Source of the DNA: an uncultured delta proteobacterium
Lineage (GTDB): Bacteria; Myxococcota_A; Polyangia; Fen-1088
Length of the DNA: 64,000 bases
Direction of reading: 5' to 3'
Assembly: GCA_963737265.1 (NCBI GenBank)
Contig: CAVTRY010000022.1
Span: 128,001 to 192,000 of the forward strand
Shown here one piece after another: positions 10,262 to 19,879 of the stretch. Under the pieces are notes generated by a model. That model did not search any database. It saw only the letters and a program-made list of their open reading frames with translations, and was not told the DNA's origin. Position 1 is the first letter of the stretch, and each line of letters begins with the position of its first letter. A program made the position numbers and the translations under genes.

Positions 10262-10285
10262 CGAAACCGCCCCAGCGGCGGCAGC

Positions 10286-11026
10286 CTACGAAGGCTCTTG
10301 CTGCTCGTTGATGAGGTACTTGGCCACCACGGACTCGACCGGAACTGCCGACGGCTCGCCACGCAGAAGATGGGCCAGCGCTTCGACATCGGTCTTCCAC
10401 GCCAGATCGCCGGTGGCCAGCACGCACACGCGGCCAACGTCGTAGGTGTCGAACAGCTTGCCGTCCTTGAAGTAGTAGTGCGACTTGCTGACTTCCGTCG
10501 GGTAGGGGTGCATCGCGGGCGGAATATCGCCGGGCTTGAACCACAGTTTGATTTCGCGTTCGGCGTCGGGGAGGTTGGCCGAGGCGTGGATGAGATTGTC
10601 CATGCGGTCGCCCAGCACCTCGCCCTCGGCGTCCTTGACCTGCTCGACGGTGCCGAGCGATCGGATGCAACCCGGCTGCTTGTCGCGTGCCACGTGCGGA
10701 TTGGTCGGGCCGCACAGCTCGCGCACCCGGCTTACCGCCTTCGGACCCTGGTACATGAGCGCGATCACCCGGCGCTTCCACGGCTCCTTCGGGTAGTGCA
10801 GGTGGCCTTGGATGTATTCGAGCAGCGACGGAAAGAAAAACTTTCCGCGGTGCTCGGCGTAGTGCTCGCCCGCCAGCATGGTGCTGACGTTGACGATCTT
10901 CGCACCCGCGAAGCGCAGCCCGGTGTGGAACTCCGAAAGCAGCGACAGCACGTAGCCCGTCAGCGAGTTCTTGAGCGCGTCGGGCTTGATGAGCACGAGC
11001 GTTTGTTCGACATCCTTCTGTTCCAC
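10286..11026 (-). CDS. ndk: Nucleoside-diphosphate kinase, long divergent variant
   Basis: GTG 11026 after AAAGGA; EQTLVLIKPDA, HYAEH, GPTNP, NLIHAS, EREIKLWF. Confidence 0.85.
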   Translation of the reverse strand: MEQKDVEQTLVLIKPDALKNSLTGYVLSLLSEFHTGLRFAGAKIVNVSTMLAGEHYAEHRGKFFFPSLLEYIQGHLHYPKEPWKRRVIALMYQGPKAVSRVRELCGPTNPHVARDKQPGCIRSLGTVEQVKDAEGEVLGDRMDNLIHASANLPDAEREIKLWFKPGDIPPAMHPYPTEVSKSHYYFKDGKLFDTYDVGRVCVLATGDLAWKTDVEALAHLLRGEPSAVPVESVVAKYLINEQQEPS

Positions 11027-11094
11027 GATCCGGATCCTTTCTACTCGCCACGGTCGGGCGAGGGGCTTCCTACATTTACATTCCCAAACGCGGT

Positions 11095-12342
11095 CTAGCC
11101 AATCTTGTTTGGCCCTTGGCCCGATTCTTGGTCCGATTCCTCGACGACGGTCTTGGTCTTGCGCGCGATCATCAACTCCTCGTTGGTCGGCACCACCCAG
11201 GCCGCGATCCGCGAGCCATCGTGCGTGATGACCTTCTCCTTGGCGTCGGAGCCGTTGCGTACCGAATCGAAATCGGCGCCCATGAAGGCCAACGGTTCGA
11301 GAATCTTGGCGCGTATGGCGACGGCGTTTTCGCCGATTCCGCCGGTGAACACGATGGCGTCCGCGCCGCCCATGGCGGCCACGTAGGAGCCGATGTACTT
11401 GACCACGCGATAGACGAAAACATCGAGGGCGAGCTGGGCGCGGTGGTTGCCCTCCGCCGCTTTCTCCCCGATCTGGCGCATGTCGTTGCTGATGCCCGAA
11501 AGCCCCTTCATGCCGCTCTTGTTGTTGAGCAGGGTGTTCATTTCCTGCGGCGACAGCTTCTCCTTGTCCATGATGTAGAGCACGACCGCGGGATCCATGT
11601 CGCCGGTGCGCGTGCCCATGACCACGCCTTCGAGCGGCGTGAGGCCCATCGACGTGTCGTACGAACGGCCGTTCTTGACCGCCGTGATGCTGGAGCCGTT
11701 GCCCATGTGGCAGGTGATGAGGCGAAGCTTGGTAAAATCCTGCTTCATCAAGTCCGCGCAGCGACGGGCGACGTACTCGTGCGAGGTGCCGTGGAAGCCG
11801 TACTTGCGGATGTGGTAGCGCTCGTACTGCTCGTAGGGCAGGCCGTAGAGGAACACGTGCGGCGGCATGCTCTGGTGAAATGCGGTGTCGAACACCGCCA
11901 CCTGCGGCAGTCCCGGAAAAATCGTCTCGCACGCCGCGATGCCGGCGAGATTGGGCGGATTGTGCAGCGGCGCAACCGCGATGCACTCTTCGATGGCCGC
12001 GCGCACGCCGGGCGTGACCAGCGCCGAATTGGAAAACTTTTCGCCGCCGTGAACGACCCGGTGCCCGACGGCGTCGACAAGGATCTTATCCTTGAATAGG
12101 CCGTGTTCCGGGTGCAGAAGCGCATCCTTCATCGCCGCCACGGCTTGCGTGTGATCCTTGGCGATGACGTCAAGCACGACCTTGTTGGGAGACTTGTGGC
12201 TCTTGTACGTGAATTTCGATTTCTCGCGCCCGATTTCCTCGACCACGCCTTCGGCAAGCAGGGTCGAAACCTCGGCCGATGGCAGATCGTAGAGCTTGAA
12301 CTTGAGCGACGAGCTGCCGCAGTTGACGACAAGGGTCCGCAT
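11095..12342 (-). CDS. ackA: Acetate kinase
   Basis: NCGSSSLK, GHRVVHGG, APLHNP, FDTAFH, DTSMGLTPLEG, FTGGIGEN, PTNEE. Confidence 0.97.
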   Translation of the reverse strand: MRTLVVNCGSSSLKFKLYDLPSAEVSTLLAEGVVEEIGREKSKFTYKSHKSPNKVVLDVIAKDHTQAVAAMKDALLHPEHGLFKDKILVDAVGHRVVHGGEKFSNSALVTPGVRAAIEECIAVAPLHNPPNLAGIAACETIFPGLPQVAVFDTAFHQSMPPHVFLYGLPYEQYERYHIRKYGFHGTSHEYVARRCADLMKQDFTKLRLITCHMGNGSSITAVKNGRSYDTSMGLTPLEGVVMGTRTGDMDPAVVLYIMDKEKLSPQEMNTLLNNKSGMKGLSGISNDMRQIGEKAAEGNHRAQLALDVFVYRVVKYIGSYVAAMGGADAIVFTGGIGENAVAIRAKILEPLAFMGADFDSVRNGSDAKEKVITHDGSRIAAWVVPTNEELMIARKTKTVVEESDQESGQGPNKIG

Positions 12343-12357
12343 GAGCGCCTCCCGAGA

Positions 12358-13365
12358 CTACTTCTGCGCAAATTGCAGACGGACGACGTTGATGGCGATG
12401 ACGTTCAAGATATCGGCCGCGTTGCAGCCGCGCGACAGATCCGACGACGGCTTGGCCATGCCCTGCAGCACGGGGCCCAAGGCCTGCGCCTTGGCAAGGC
12501 GCTCGGTCAGTTTGTAGCCGATGTTGCCCGAATCCAAATCCGGGAAGATCAGCACGGTGGCCTTGCCGGCAACCGGGGATCCCTTGGCCTTGCGTTCGCC
12601 CACCGACGGAACCAGCGCGGCGTCGCCCTGCAATTCGCCGTCGATGACGAGGTCTGGCCGGCGCTGTTTGGCGAGCGCCATGGCGGCCAAAACCTTATCG
12701 ACGCGCGCGTGCTTGGCGCTGCCCTTGGTCGAGAACGATAGCATGGCCACGCGGGGCGCCTCGCCGACCAGGCTGGCGTAGCTGTCGGCGGTGGCGATGG
12801 TGATGTCCGCGAGCTGCTCGACGGTGGGGTCGATGACGACGCCGCCATCGCCGTAGAAGAGAATGCCGTCTTTTCCGAACGACTTATCCGGCAAGATCAT
12901 GGCGAAGAAGCTGGACAGCGTTTTGAGCCCCGGCTGCATGCCGACGATCTGGATGCCGGCGCGGCAGACGTCCGCCGTCGTGTAGGTCGCGCCGCCGACG
13001 AAGCTGTCGACCAGCCCCTTGCGCACCATCATGGCGCCGTAGAACAAGGGATCCTTGATGGTCTTCTCCGCCTCGGCCTCGGTCATGCCCTTGGCCTTGC
13101 GCAGCTCGAAGTACGTGTGGGCGTAGTCGGCGAAATTGGGTGCCTGGGTCATGTCGACCACGTTCACCTTGTCGAGCGAGAGCGACGACGACGCCGCCGT
13201 GGCCTTGATCTTGGCCGCATCGCCGAGGATGGTCACCTCGGCGATGCCTAGCTTGGTCGCCCTGCCGGCTGCCTCGATCACACGGACGTCCTCGCCCTCC
13301 TGAAGAACCACCTTCTTGGGGCTGGTTTTCGCCTTCTCGTGGATCTGCTCGATGAACGTGCTCAT
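12358..13365 (-). CDS. pta: Phosphate acetyltransferase
   Basis: ATG 13365 after AGGAG; EGEDVRV, LSFSTKGS, DGELQGDAA, GNIGYK, DLSRGC. Confidence 0.95.
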   Translation of the reverse strand: MSTFIEQIHEKAKTSPKKVVLQEGEDVRVIEAAGRATKLGIAEVTILGDAAKIKATAASSSLSLDKVNVVDMTQAPNFADYAHTYFELRKAKGMTEAEAEKTIKDPLFYGAMMVRKGLVDSFVGGATYTTADVCRAGIQIVGMQPGLKTLSSFFAMILPDKSFGKDGILFYGDGGVVIDPTVEQLADITIATADSYASLVGEAPRVAMLSFSTKGSAKHARVDKVLAAMALAKQRRPDLVIDGELQGDAALVPSVGERKAKGSPVAGKATVLIFPDLDSGNIGYKLTERLAKAQALGPVLQGMAKPSSDLSRGCNAADILNVIAINVVRLQFAQK

Positions 13366-13679
13366 GGTACAACTCCTGGGGCCGTGTCCGCGCGCACCGG
13401 CTGTGTTTTCTGTCACGAGTGCCTCGGCGCGGACGTGGGGAGAGTAGTCCCCCGCGGGGGGTCAATTCAACCGGGATCTGGATATTTTCAGACGGTTACG
13501 GCAGGAGATCCGAGAACCTTGAGCGGCCAGGAACCGGCGCCGCGTCCTCGCCATATCACCCATCGTTCTTACAGGGTAGCTATGATACCTAAAGTGATCG
13601 ACTCCGCAGAATTCGCCATACCTGGCTGCGCAGCGCTTGTGACGATGTACGACGGCGAGGAGGTTCGCCGAACCTGCTG

Positions 13680-14243
13680 TCAGAACCAGTAGATGCTGGC
13701 GTAGTCGACAGAGCCTGCACTCGCATCGAAGTAGTAGTAACCGTTGACTTTGGGGGGAAGGGGCAATGCCCCACACGTCTCGGTGACACCATTGACCTTC
13801 AGGGTGCGACCGGTGAGATTCGAACAGCCCCAGCCGTTGATATTGTCCGGCGTCCTGAAGCAAAACTCGCCAACAGTTCCAAAATTGCCGCTGCTTGCGC
13901 TGCCAGTGCCAGTAATGGTTTGGACCGGCACGCAAGGTTCGCTTCCTTCTCCGCCGTCATCCGTGCCGATTGCACCGCCGGTACTCGTATCACCGCCCGT
14001 GCTTGCCACGCCGCCGCTGCTCGCCGCGCCGCCGCTGCCGAATGGGGAGCCGCCTGCGCCGCTGCTAAACGGGTTGCCGCCGTTCGCGGAGATAGCCCCG
14101 CCGGTGCCGCTAGGCGCCCCGCCGCTGCCGCTACCGCTACCGCCCTGGGAAGGCGTAACGGTCTCGCCGGGCAAGCGAGCGTTTGGATCGGGACCGCAGG
14201 CCAGAAAAAAAAAGGTCGTTGCAACGAAAACTACTTGCCGCAT
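13680..14243 (-). CDS. Lipoprotein with Gly/Ser-rich linker and aromatic-rich C-terminal putative carbohydrate-binding module
   Basis: Lipobox FLAC; GGxxxxGG linker; C-terminus GWGCSN..L.VNG..LPP..NGYYYF..YASIYWF. Confidence 0.7.
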   Translation of the reverse strand: MRQVVFVATTFFFLACGPDPNARLPGETVTPSQGGSGSGSGGAPSGTGGAISANGGNPFSSGAGGSPFGSGGAASSGGVASTGGDTSTGGAIGTDDGGEGSEPCVPVQTITGTGSASSGNFGTVGEFCFRTPDNINGWGCSNLTGRTLKVNGVTETCGALPLPPKVNGYYYFDASAGSVDYASIYWF

Positions 14244-14357
14244 GACAATTTACCAACACCTTGGACGGCTACGATGAGAACGATGACACACCAAACAAAT
14301 CCGGCCTCCCGAGAGAAAGCCCAAACCTCACGGAAACTAAGGGATAATGGCCCCGAG

Positions 14358-14534
14358 CTAGCAAGCCCCCTGGGCCATCAGATCCTGGATACGATCCTTG
14401 ATGGCCAGCTTCTCCTTCTTGAGCTTGGCCCGATCGGCCTGTTCCTTGGAGGTTAGAGAGACATGCGCGTCGATAACGGCCAGTGCTTCTTCCAATTCCC
14501 TGTGACGCTGCCTTAACGCATCGATCTCGTTCAT
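14358..14534 (-). CDS. DUF465/YdcH-family small coiled-coil protein (58 aa)
   Basis: Manual translation MNEIDALRQRHRELEEAL...LKKEKLAIKDRI; below the ORF-track size cutoff. Confidence 0.8.
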   Translation of the reverse strand: MNEIDALRQRHRELEEALAVIDAHVSLTSKEQADRAKLKKEKLAIKDRIQDLMAQGAC

Positions 14535-14541
14535 GGACCAC

Positions 14542-15087
14542 CTAGATCGTATACGTGCGCCGCCGCGGAGTCAACCGAGGCGACGACAGAGGGTGCTTCC
14601 CTGAAATGGGGGCTGGGGCTTCACCTCGCCCCGCGCAGGTGGGATCGGAGGGAAAAACAGGGAGGAACGGAGGACCAGAGGAATCACGGGTTGGGTTGAC
14701 GAGGCGGCGGAGACCCTCGCGAAGTACGGGGACGTGGAAATTGACGAGCAGGCCCACCGGCAGTCGTAGGAGCTTGAGATAGGTAATGATCTGTGCCAAG
14801 TGGACAGGAAGCAACTGCTCTACCGCCTTGACTTCGACGACCAAACGGCCTTCCACCATGAGGTCGAGGCGATAGCCGCAGTCGAGGTCAATGCCTTTGT
14901 ACTGCAGAGGAATCGCGACCTGACGTTGCGTGCGAAATCCACGCAGGCCTAGCTCGCGCGCCAGGCAGTGCTCGTAGGCCGACTCAAGCAGCCCGGGACC
15001 GAGGTGACGGTGGACTTCGATGCAGGCGGCGATAATTTGCCCAGTAAAGTCATCCTGTCTCTGTTTCTCCGTTCCTCGCTGTTCCAT
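14542..15087 (-). CDS. GxxExxY protein (PD-(D/E)XK nuclease-like)
   Basis: EVHRHLGPGLLESAYEHCL, YRLDLMVE, VEVKAV, AQIITYLK, GLLVNF. Confidence 0.93.
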   Translation of the reverse strand: MEQRGTEKQRQDDFTGQIIAACIEVHRHLGPGLLESAYEHCLARELGLRGFRTQRQVAIPLQYKGIDLDCGYRLDLMVEGRLVVEVKAVEQLLPVHLAQIITYLKLLRLPVGLLVNFHVPVLREGLRRLVNPTRDSSGPPFLPVFPSDPTCAGRGEAPAPISGKHPLSSPRLTPRRRTYTI

Positions 15088-15169
15088 ATCTGCGTTTTCG
15101 GCGGCACTCCGCCAGAAGTTGCTACCTCACCGAGCCCCCGGCTGGGGCCCCCGTTTCAGGGAGGCACCC
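14591..15169. mobile_element. Non-autonomous IR-bounded element (MITE-like) carrying GxxExxY
   Basis: TIRs GGGTGCtTCCCTGAAAtGGGGG at 14591-14612 and reverse complement at 15148-15169 (20/22 match); direct repeat GACGACAGA at 14582-14590 and 15170-15178. Confidence 0.75.
14656..15083. repeat. Inner 25-bp inverted repeat bracketing the GxxExxY core
   Basis: AACAGGGAGGAACGGAGGACCAGAG (14656-14680) vs reverse complement of 15059-15083 AACAGCGAGGAACGGAGAAACAGAG, 22/25. Confidence 0.8.
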
Positions 15170-15352
15170 GACGACAGATGCGACAGATGACGGACCATCC
15201 ATTCGCTGATTCAGTTAGCCAGAATGTACGATCCTGCCGCGCACCGACGTTGACGGTTTGCGGCTAAGTGAATAGAATCGCACCGTTTGGATTCATTAAG
15301 GCCTAGCAACATTGCAGCCGAGGATATAGGCCCCGCCGGGGTCGAGAGCACC

Positions 15353-16273
15353 ATGTGGACCCTGAAATTCATCTCGGGCAAGTACCAGGGGGGCGAATTT
15401 CCGCTCCGGCCCAACCGTGAGATCATCGTTGGTCGATCGTCCGACCTCGACATGGTCTTGGTCGAGGACATGGTTTCGCGCAAGCACGCCAAGATCGCGA
15501 CCGACGAACATTCGGTTTCGATCCAGGACTTGGGCTCGACCAACGGAACCTTCGTCAACGGCGAAAAGATCCGCACCGTCCGCTTGAAAGAGGGCGATCG
15601 AATCTTGGTCGGCACGTCGATCATCAAGTTGATCGCGGCGAACAGCGAAGCGCCGATTCCGTCGTCGGGGCTATCGGAGAACGAGGCGCGCTCGAAGATG
15701 CAGGTCACCGCCAACCGCCGGCCCGAGCCCAAGATGATGCAGGGTAATATCGAGGAGATTCCCTTGCCGGATCTGCTGCAACTGCTTTCCACCAGCCGCA
15801 AGTCCGGCGTGCTTGTGCTGCGTTCGGAATGGGGAACCGGGCGGCTTTACATGCGCAAGGGCCAGATCTATTTCGCCAACGTCGACGAAAGCTTCGACGT
15901 GAGCCCACGCAAGGCCATGTTCCGCATGTTGACGTGGGACAAGGGCTTGTTCGAACTGGAGCCGCCCGACGACCGCACGGTGATGGAGGAGATTCAGGAC
16001 AGCACCGAGGGCCTACTGATGGAGGGTATGCGCCAGCTCGACGAATTTCGCGAGCTGTCGTCCAAGCTGCCGCCGTTCGAAGCCATCGTTTCCATCCCGC
16101 ACCCGCTCGCGCCGCGCCTGCGCGACCTCAAACCGCAAGAGCTGGATTTGATGCAAACCGCGCTCAACGAAGCGACGGTGCAACAGATCATCGACCAAAG
16201 CCCGCAGACCGACCTCGACACCGCCCAGGCGCTGCTGGCGTTGCTCGAACGCGGCTATTTGATCGTCGGATAG
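15353..16273 (+). CDS. FHA domain + DUF4388 protein
   Basis: IVGRS, VSRKHA, DLGSTNGTFVNG; then GNIEEIPLPDLLQLL..SRKSGVL, LLMEGMRQLDE. Confidence 0.9.
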   Translation: MWTLKFISGKYQGGEFPLRPNREIIVGRSSDLDMVLVEDMVSRKHAKIATDEHSVSIQDLGSTNGTFVNGEKIRTVRLKEGDRILVGTSIIKLIAANSEAPIPSSGLSENEARSKMQVTANRRPEPKMMQGNIEEIPLPDLLQLLSTSRKSGVLVLRSEWGTGRLYMRKGQIYFANVDESFDVSPRKAMFRMLTWDKGLFELEPPDDRTVMEEIQDSTEGLLMEGMRQLDEFRELSSKLPPFEAIVSIPHPLAPRLRDLKPQELDLMQTALNEATVQQIIDQSPQTDLDTAQALLALLERGYLIVG

Positions 16274-16294
16274 CTCGGGTAGCCTACTTGACGG

Positions 16295-17884
16295 CTATCC
16301 GGTGTTTTGCCGGCGTGATTCTGTCGACAAGCGTGACAAGCGTAGACTGGTGGCCCTGTCGCCGCGCAACGCCTCCACATGCATGGGCATGCGGTAGGTC
16401 CAGTTTCGATCGTTGACGGAGCCCGGAACGTTGACCTGTTCGCGCGTGCCAAGCAGATCCTGGAAGGGAACCAGACACAGATCCGATGCCGCCTGGTAGA
16501 GAACGCGCAACAAGGCCTCGCGAACATCTTCGTCGAAGCCGCCGTTGCAGTCGAGCTGCTCGAGGCCAGGGATGCGGGCCAGGAAGCGCCGCTTGTCGGG
16601 CGGCAGATCGTCGTACCACACGGCTTGCGTTTCGGTGTCGTGCGTGCCCGACGTGGCCACGGAGATCTCCGGCCACTTGGCGGGATCGCGATAGATCTGT
16701 TGAAAATTTCCGTCGCGCCACACGTCGTCCTTTTCCCAGCGCAGAACCCGGTAGCCGGGCAGGCGCAGGCGCACGAGCGACGGGCGCAGGAACTCGGGCA
16801 CCATGCCGAGATCCTCGGCGATGACCTCGCCATACTCGTCCATGATCGCGAGCAAGGTTTCCCCGAGGCGAATCTGCGCCTCCTCGTCCGACGGTGAAAA
16901 GCCGGTCTTGCGGCCGTCGGCGGTTCGGTAATACGTGCGGTACATACCGATGACGTGGTCCACGCGGTAAAGACCGAACAGCCGACCGGCGCGTTCGGCG
17001 CGCCTGCGCATCCACGCGAAGTCGGTCTGTTCCATCGCCCGCCAGTCGTAAAGCGGCAGGCCCCAGTCCTGGCCGTCGGCGCACAGAGCGTCGGGCGGCG
17101 CGCCCACGCGGTACCCGATACGAAAGAGCTTGCGCTCTTTCCAGACGTCGGCGGAATCTTCCGCCACTACGAAGGGCAGGTCGCCCATCAAATCCACGCC
17201 GAGCGCCGCGGCCTCGCTGCGCGCGGCCCGCCACTGCTCGTCGAGCTGCCACTGCTGCCAGATGACGAAAAGAATTTCTTCCGCGTTTTCCTTCGCCGTG
17301 CGCGCGAGGGCAGCGGGCCGGCGATTCGCGATGTCCGCGGGCCATTCCTTCCAGTGCTTGTTGTAGAGCTGGTGCAGGACCGCGAACAGCGCGTAGTCTT
17401 CAATCCAGTCGCGGCTCTCCTCGCGAAACTGGGCGAGCTGTCGCGCCCGCTTGCTCCGGCGTCGCCATTCCTTAGCGCGAAAATGTGCGAACGCCAGCCG
17501 CGTGCCGCGCTCCTTGAGCGGTCGCAGCCGATTCCAGGGCACCGTCGCGTGCGCCGCGACCTCGTCAAGCAAACGCCGATCCTCGTTGCAAAGGGCGTCC
17601 CGGCCGCCGGCCGCCGAAAAATCCTCGCAGCTATCGAGGCCGAGATACACGGGATCGATGGCGAAGGCCGTCGACGCGGAATAGGGGCTGGTTTCGCCGC
17701 CGGCGACCGCGCACACCGGTAGCATCTGCACCACGCGAATCCCCGCTTCGCGGGCCCAGCCTGCCATGGGCACGAGATCGGGAATTTCGCCCAAGCCCCA
17801 ACCGGTCGGCGTGCGCACCGAAAATAGCGGGATGAGAACACCTGCGCGCCGGTGTCGCGGTCTTGGCCCGTTCGTACCAGGCAT
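16295..17884 (-). CDS. malQ: 4-alpha-glucanotransferase (GH77)
   Basis: GVLIPLFS, SPYS, GDLPF..DSADVW, GAPPD, QDWGLP, RVDHVIG, AEDLG, THDT, NVPG. Confidence 0.93.
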   Translation of the reverse strand: MPGTNGPRPRHRRAGVLIPLFSVRTPTGWGLGEIPDLVPMAGWAREAGIRVVQMLPVCAVAGGETSPYSASTAFAIDPVYLGLDSCEDFSAAGGRDALCNEDRRLLDEVAAHATVPWNRLRPLKERGTRLAFAHFRAKEWRRRSKRARQLAQFREESRDWIEDYALFAVLHQLYNKHWKEWPADIANRRPAALARTAKENAEEILFVIWQQWQLDEQWRAARSEAAALGVDLMGDLPFVVAEDSADVWKERKLFRIGYRVGAPPDALCADGQDWGLPLYDWRAMEQTDFAWMRRRAERAGRLFGLYRVDHVIGMYRTYYRTADGRKTGFSPSDEEAQIRLGETLLAIMDEYGEVIAEDLGMVPEFLRPSLVRLRLPGYRVLRWEKDDVWRDGNFQQIYRDPAKWPEISVATSGTHDTETQAVWYDDLPPDKRRFLARIPGLEQLDCNGGFDEDVREALLRVLYQAASDLCLVPFQDLLGTREQVNVPGSVNDRNWTYRMPMHVEALRGDRATSLRLSRLSTESRRQNTG

Positions 17885-17923
17885 CGATTACCAGTTCGGT
17901 TATGATACGGCCACTTGTTCCCC

Positions 17924-18910
17924 ATGAGCGACACTTCTTTTGCAGGTCCCAAGATTTCCGCGCACCGAATTCTTCTCACCGGAGGCGCCGGATTCATCGG
18001 CTCGCACCTGGTGGAGCGCTTGGCGCCGGACAACAAAATCGTCGTGCTCGACACCCTGAGGCGCAATGCCTTGGGGCCGGCCGGTCTCGACAAGCACCCG
18101 CACGTCAAGACCATCCAGGGCGACGTCCTCGACGCCACCGCGGTGAAGAACGCCATGGCGGGCTGCGATGCCGTGATCCACCTCGCGTCCATCGCGGGCG
18201 TCGACACCGTGCTCGGCAACCCGGTGCTGACCATGCGGGTGTCGCTGCTCGGAACGATGAACGTGCTAGAGGCCGCTCTCGCGGCGGGCGGCGTGCAGCG
18301 ACTCATCGATTTTTCGACCAGCGAGGTGTTCGGCCGGTACGCCTACAACGTGACCGAGTGGGACGCGACCACGCTCGGCGCCGTGGGCGAAGCGCGCTGG
18401 ACCTACGCCGTCGCCAAGCTCGCCACCGAGCATTTGGCCATGAACTACTGGAAGCAGTACCAGCTGCCCACGGTTTCGATTCGGCCGTTCAACATCTACG
18501 GGCCGCGCCAGGTGGGCGAAGGCGCCGTTCACCATTTCATCGTGCGTGCCTTGCACGGCCAGCCGCTCACCGTGCACAACGACGGCGCACAGATCCGCGC
18601 ATGGTGCTACGTCGACGACATCGTCGACGGCATCATGCTCGCACTCACGCGCAACGAAGCGGTCGGCCACGCCTTCAACATCGGCAATCCGCGCTCCACC
18701 CTCACCATTCACGCCCTGGCCAAGGAGATCGTCCGCCTGGCGTCGAGCGCGTCCCACATCGAATACGTGCCGTGGAACCAAGCCGACGTCGAGCTACGCA
18801 TTCCCAACATCGACAAAGCAAAGGAGCTCTTGCACTTTGCCCCCAAGGTCGATCTCGAGGAAGGTCTTCTGCGCACGATCTACTGGTACCGCAGGCACCT
18901 TGAGGGCTAA
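17924..18910 (+). CDS. NAD-dependent nucleotide-sugar epimerase/dehydratase
   Basis: [30 protein letters not shown]. Confidence 0.9.
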   Translation: MSDTSFAGPKISAHRILLTGGAGFIGSHLVERLAPDNKIVVLDTLRRNALGPAGLDKHPHVKTIQGDVLDATAVKNAMAGCDAVIHLASIAGVDTVLGNPVLTMRVSLLGTMNVLEAALAAGGVQRLIDFSTSEVFGRYAYNVTEWDATTLGAVGEARWTYAVAKLATEHLAMNYWKQYQLPTVSIRPFNIYGPRQVGEGAVHHFIVRALHGQPLTVHNDGAQIRAWCYVDDIVDGIMLALTRNEAVGHAFNIGNPRSTLTIHALAKEIVRLASSASHIEYVPWNQADVELRIPNIDKAKELLHFAPKVDLEEGLLRTIYWYRRHLEG

Positions 18911-18925
18911 CCCGGAGTCGCGACA

Positions 18926-19879
18926 ATGAGCGAGATTGTTCTACGCGCCGACGGGTTGGCCAAGACATTTCATCTCGGATTTTTTCGCAAGCGCGTCGAG
19001 GCCGTCAAGGAAGCCAGCTTCGACGTCCGGCGCGGCGAAGTATTCGGCTATCTCGGTCCCAACGGCTCGGGCAAGACCACCACGCTCAAGATGCTCATGG
19101 GCCTGGTGTTCCCGTCGCGCGGCCGCGCCGAGGTGCTCGGACGATTGGTTCCCAATCGCCAGGCCAAGCGTCGCCTTGGCTATTTGCCCGAAAGTCCCTA
19201 TTTTTACGACTACCTCTCGCCCGAGGAATTTCTCGATCTCGTGGGTTCGCTCTTCGATGTTCCCCGGCGCGAGCGGCGCCTTCGCGCCGACACGCTCATC
19301 GGCCGCGTGGGGCTCGATCACGCGCGCGGCCGGCCGCTGCGGAAGTTTTCCAAGGGCATGCTTCAGCGCATCGGCATCGCGCAATCCCTCATGGGCGATC
19401 CCGAGCTGGTCGTGCTCGACGAGCCGATGACCGGCCTCGACCCGATCGGGCGCAAGGAAATCCGCGACCTCATGCTCGAGCTTCGCCGCGAGGGACGCAC
19501 GGTGCTTTACTCGACCCACATATTGCCCGACGTGGAAATGACCTGCGATCGCGTGGCCATGATTTTCGCCGGCCGCATTCGCAACGTCGGCCCGCTGTCC
19601 GAGCTTCTGACCGCGCGCTTGCTCTCCACCGAAGTTTGCCTGCGCCATAACGTGGGGCAGATTCCGCCGCTTCCCGTCGGCGCCCAGCTTCGCCAAACGC
19701 CCGACGGCATGATGGTGGATCTGCCCGAAGGGGCGGACGTGGATGCTTTTCTCAAGGCCGCGCTCGCCAGCGCAACCAACATCATCTCGGTCACGCCGCG
19801 GCGCGAGTCGCTCGAGGATCTGTTCGTGCGCGAAGCAGCGACGGACGGTTTGAACGATGCCAAAACGGGGGCGGTATGA
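18926..19879 (+). CDS. ABC transporter ATP-binding protein
   Basis: GPNGSGKTT, FSKGM, LDEP. Confidence 0.93.
   Translation: MSEIVLRADGLAKTFHLGFFRKRVEAVKEASFDVRRGEVFGYLGPNGSGKTTTLKMLMGLVFPSRGRAEVLGRLVPNRQAKRRLGYLPESPYFYDYLSPEEFLDLVGSLFDVPRRERRLRADTLIGRVGLDHARGRPLRKFSKGMLQRIGIAQSLMGDPELVVLDEPMTGLDPIGRKEIRDLMLELRREGRTVLYSTHILPDVEMTCDRVAMIFAGRIRNVGPLSELLTARLLSTEVCLRHNVGQIPPLPVGAQLRQTPDGMMVDLPEGADVDAFLKAALASATNIISVTPRRESLEDLFVREAATDGLNDAKTGAV

Noticed and set aside
10286-11986. 566-aa ORF as a long NDK fusion
   Set aside because: The N-terminal part is an alternative frame of ackA; the real start is GTG 11026 with an RBS.
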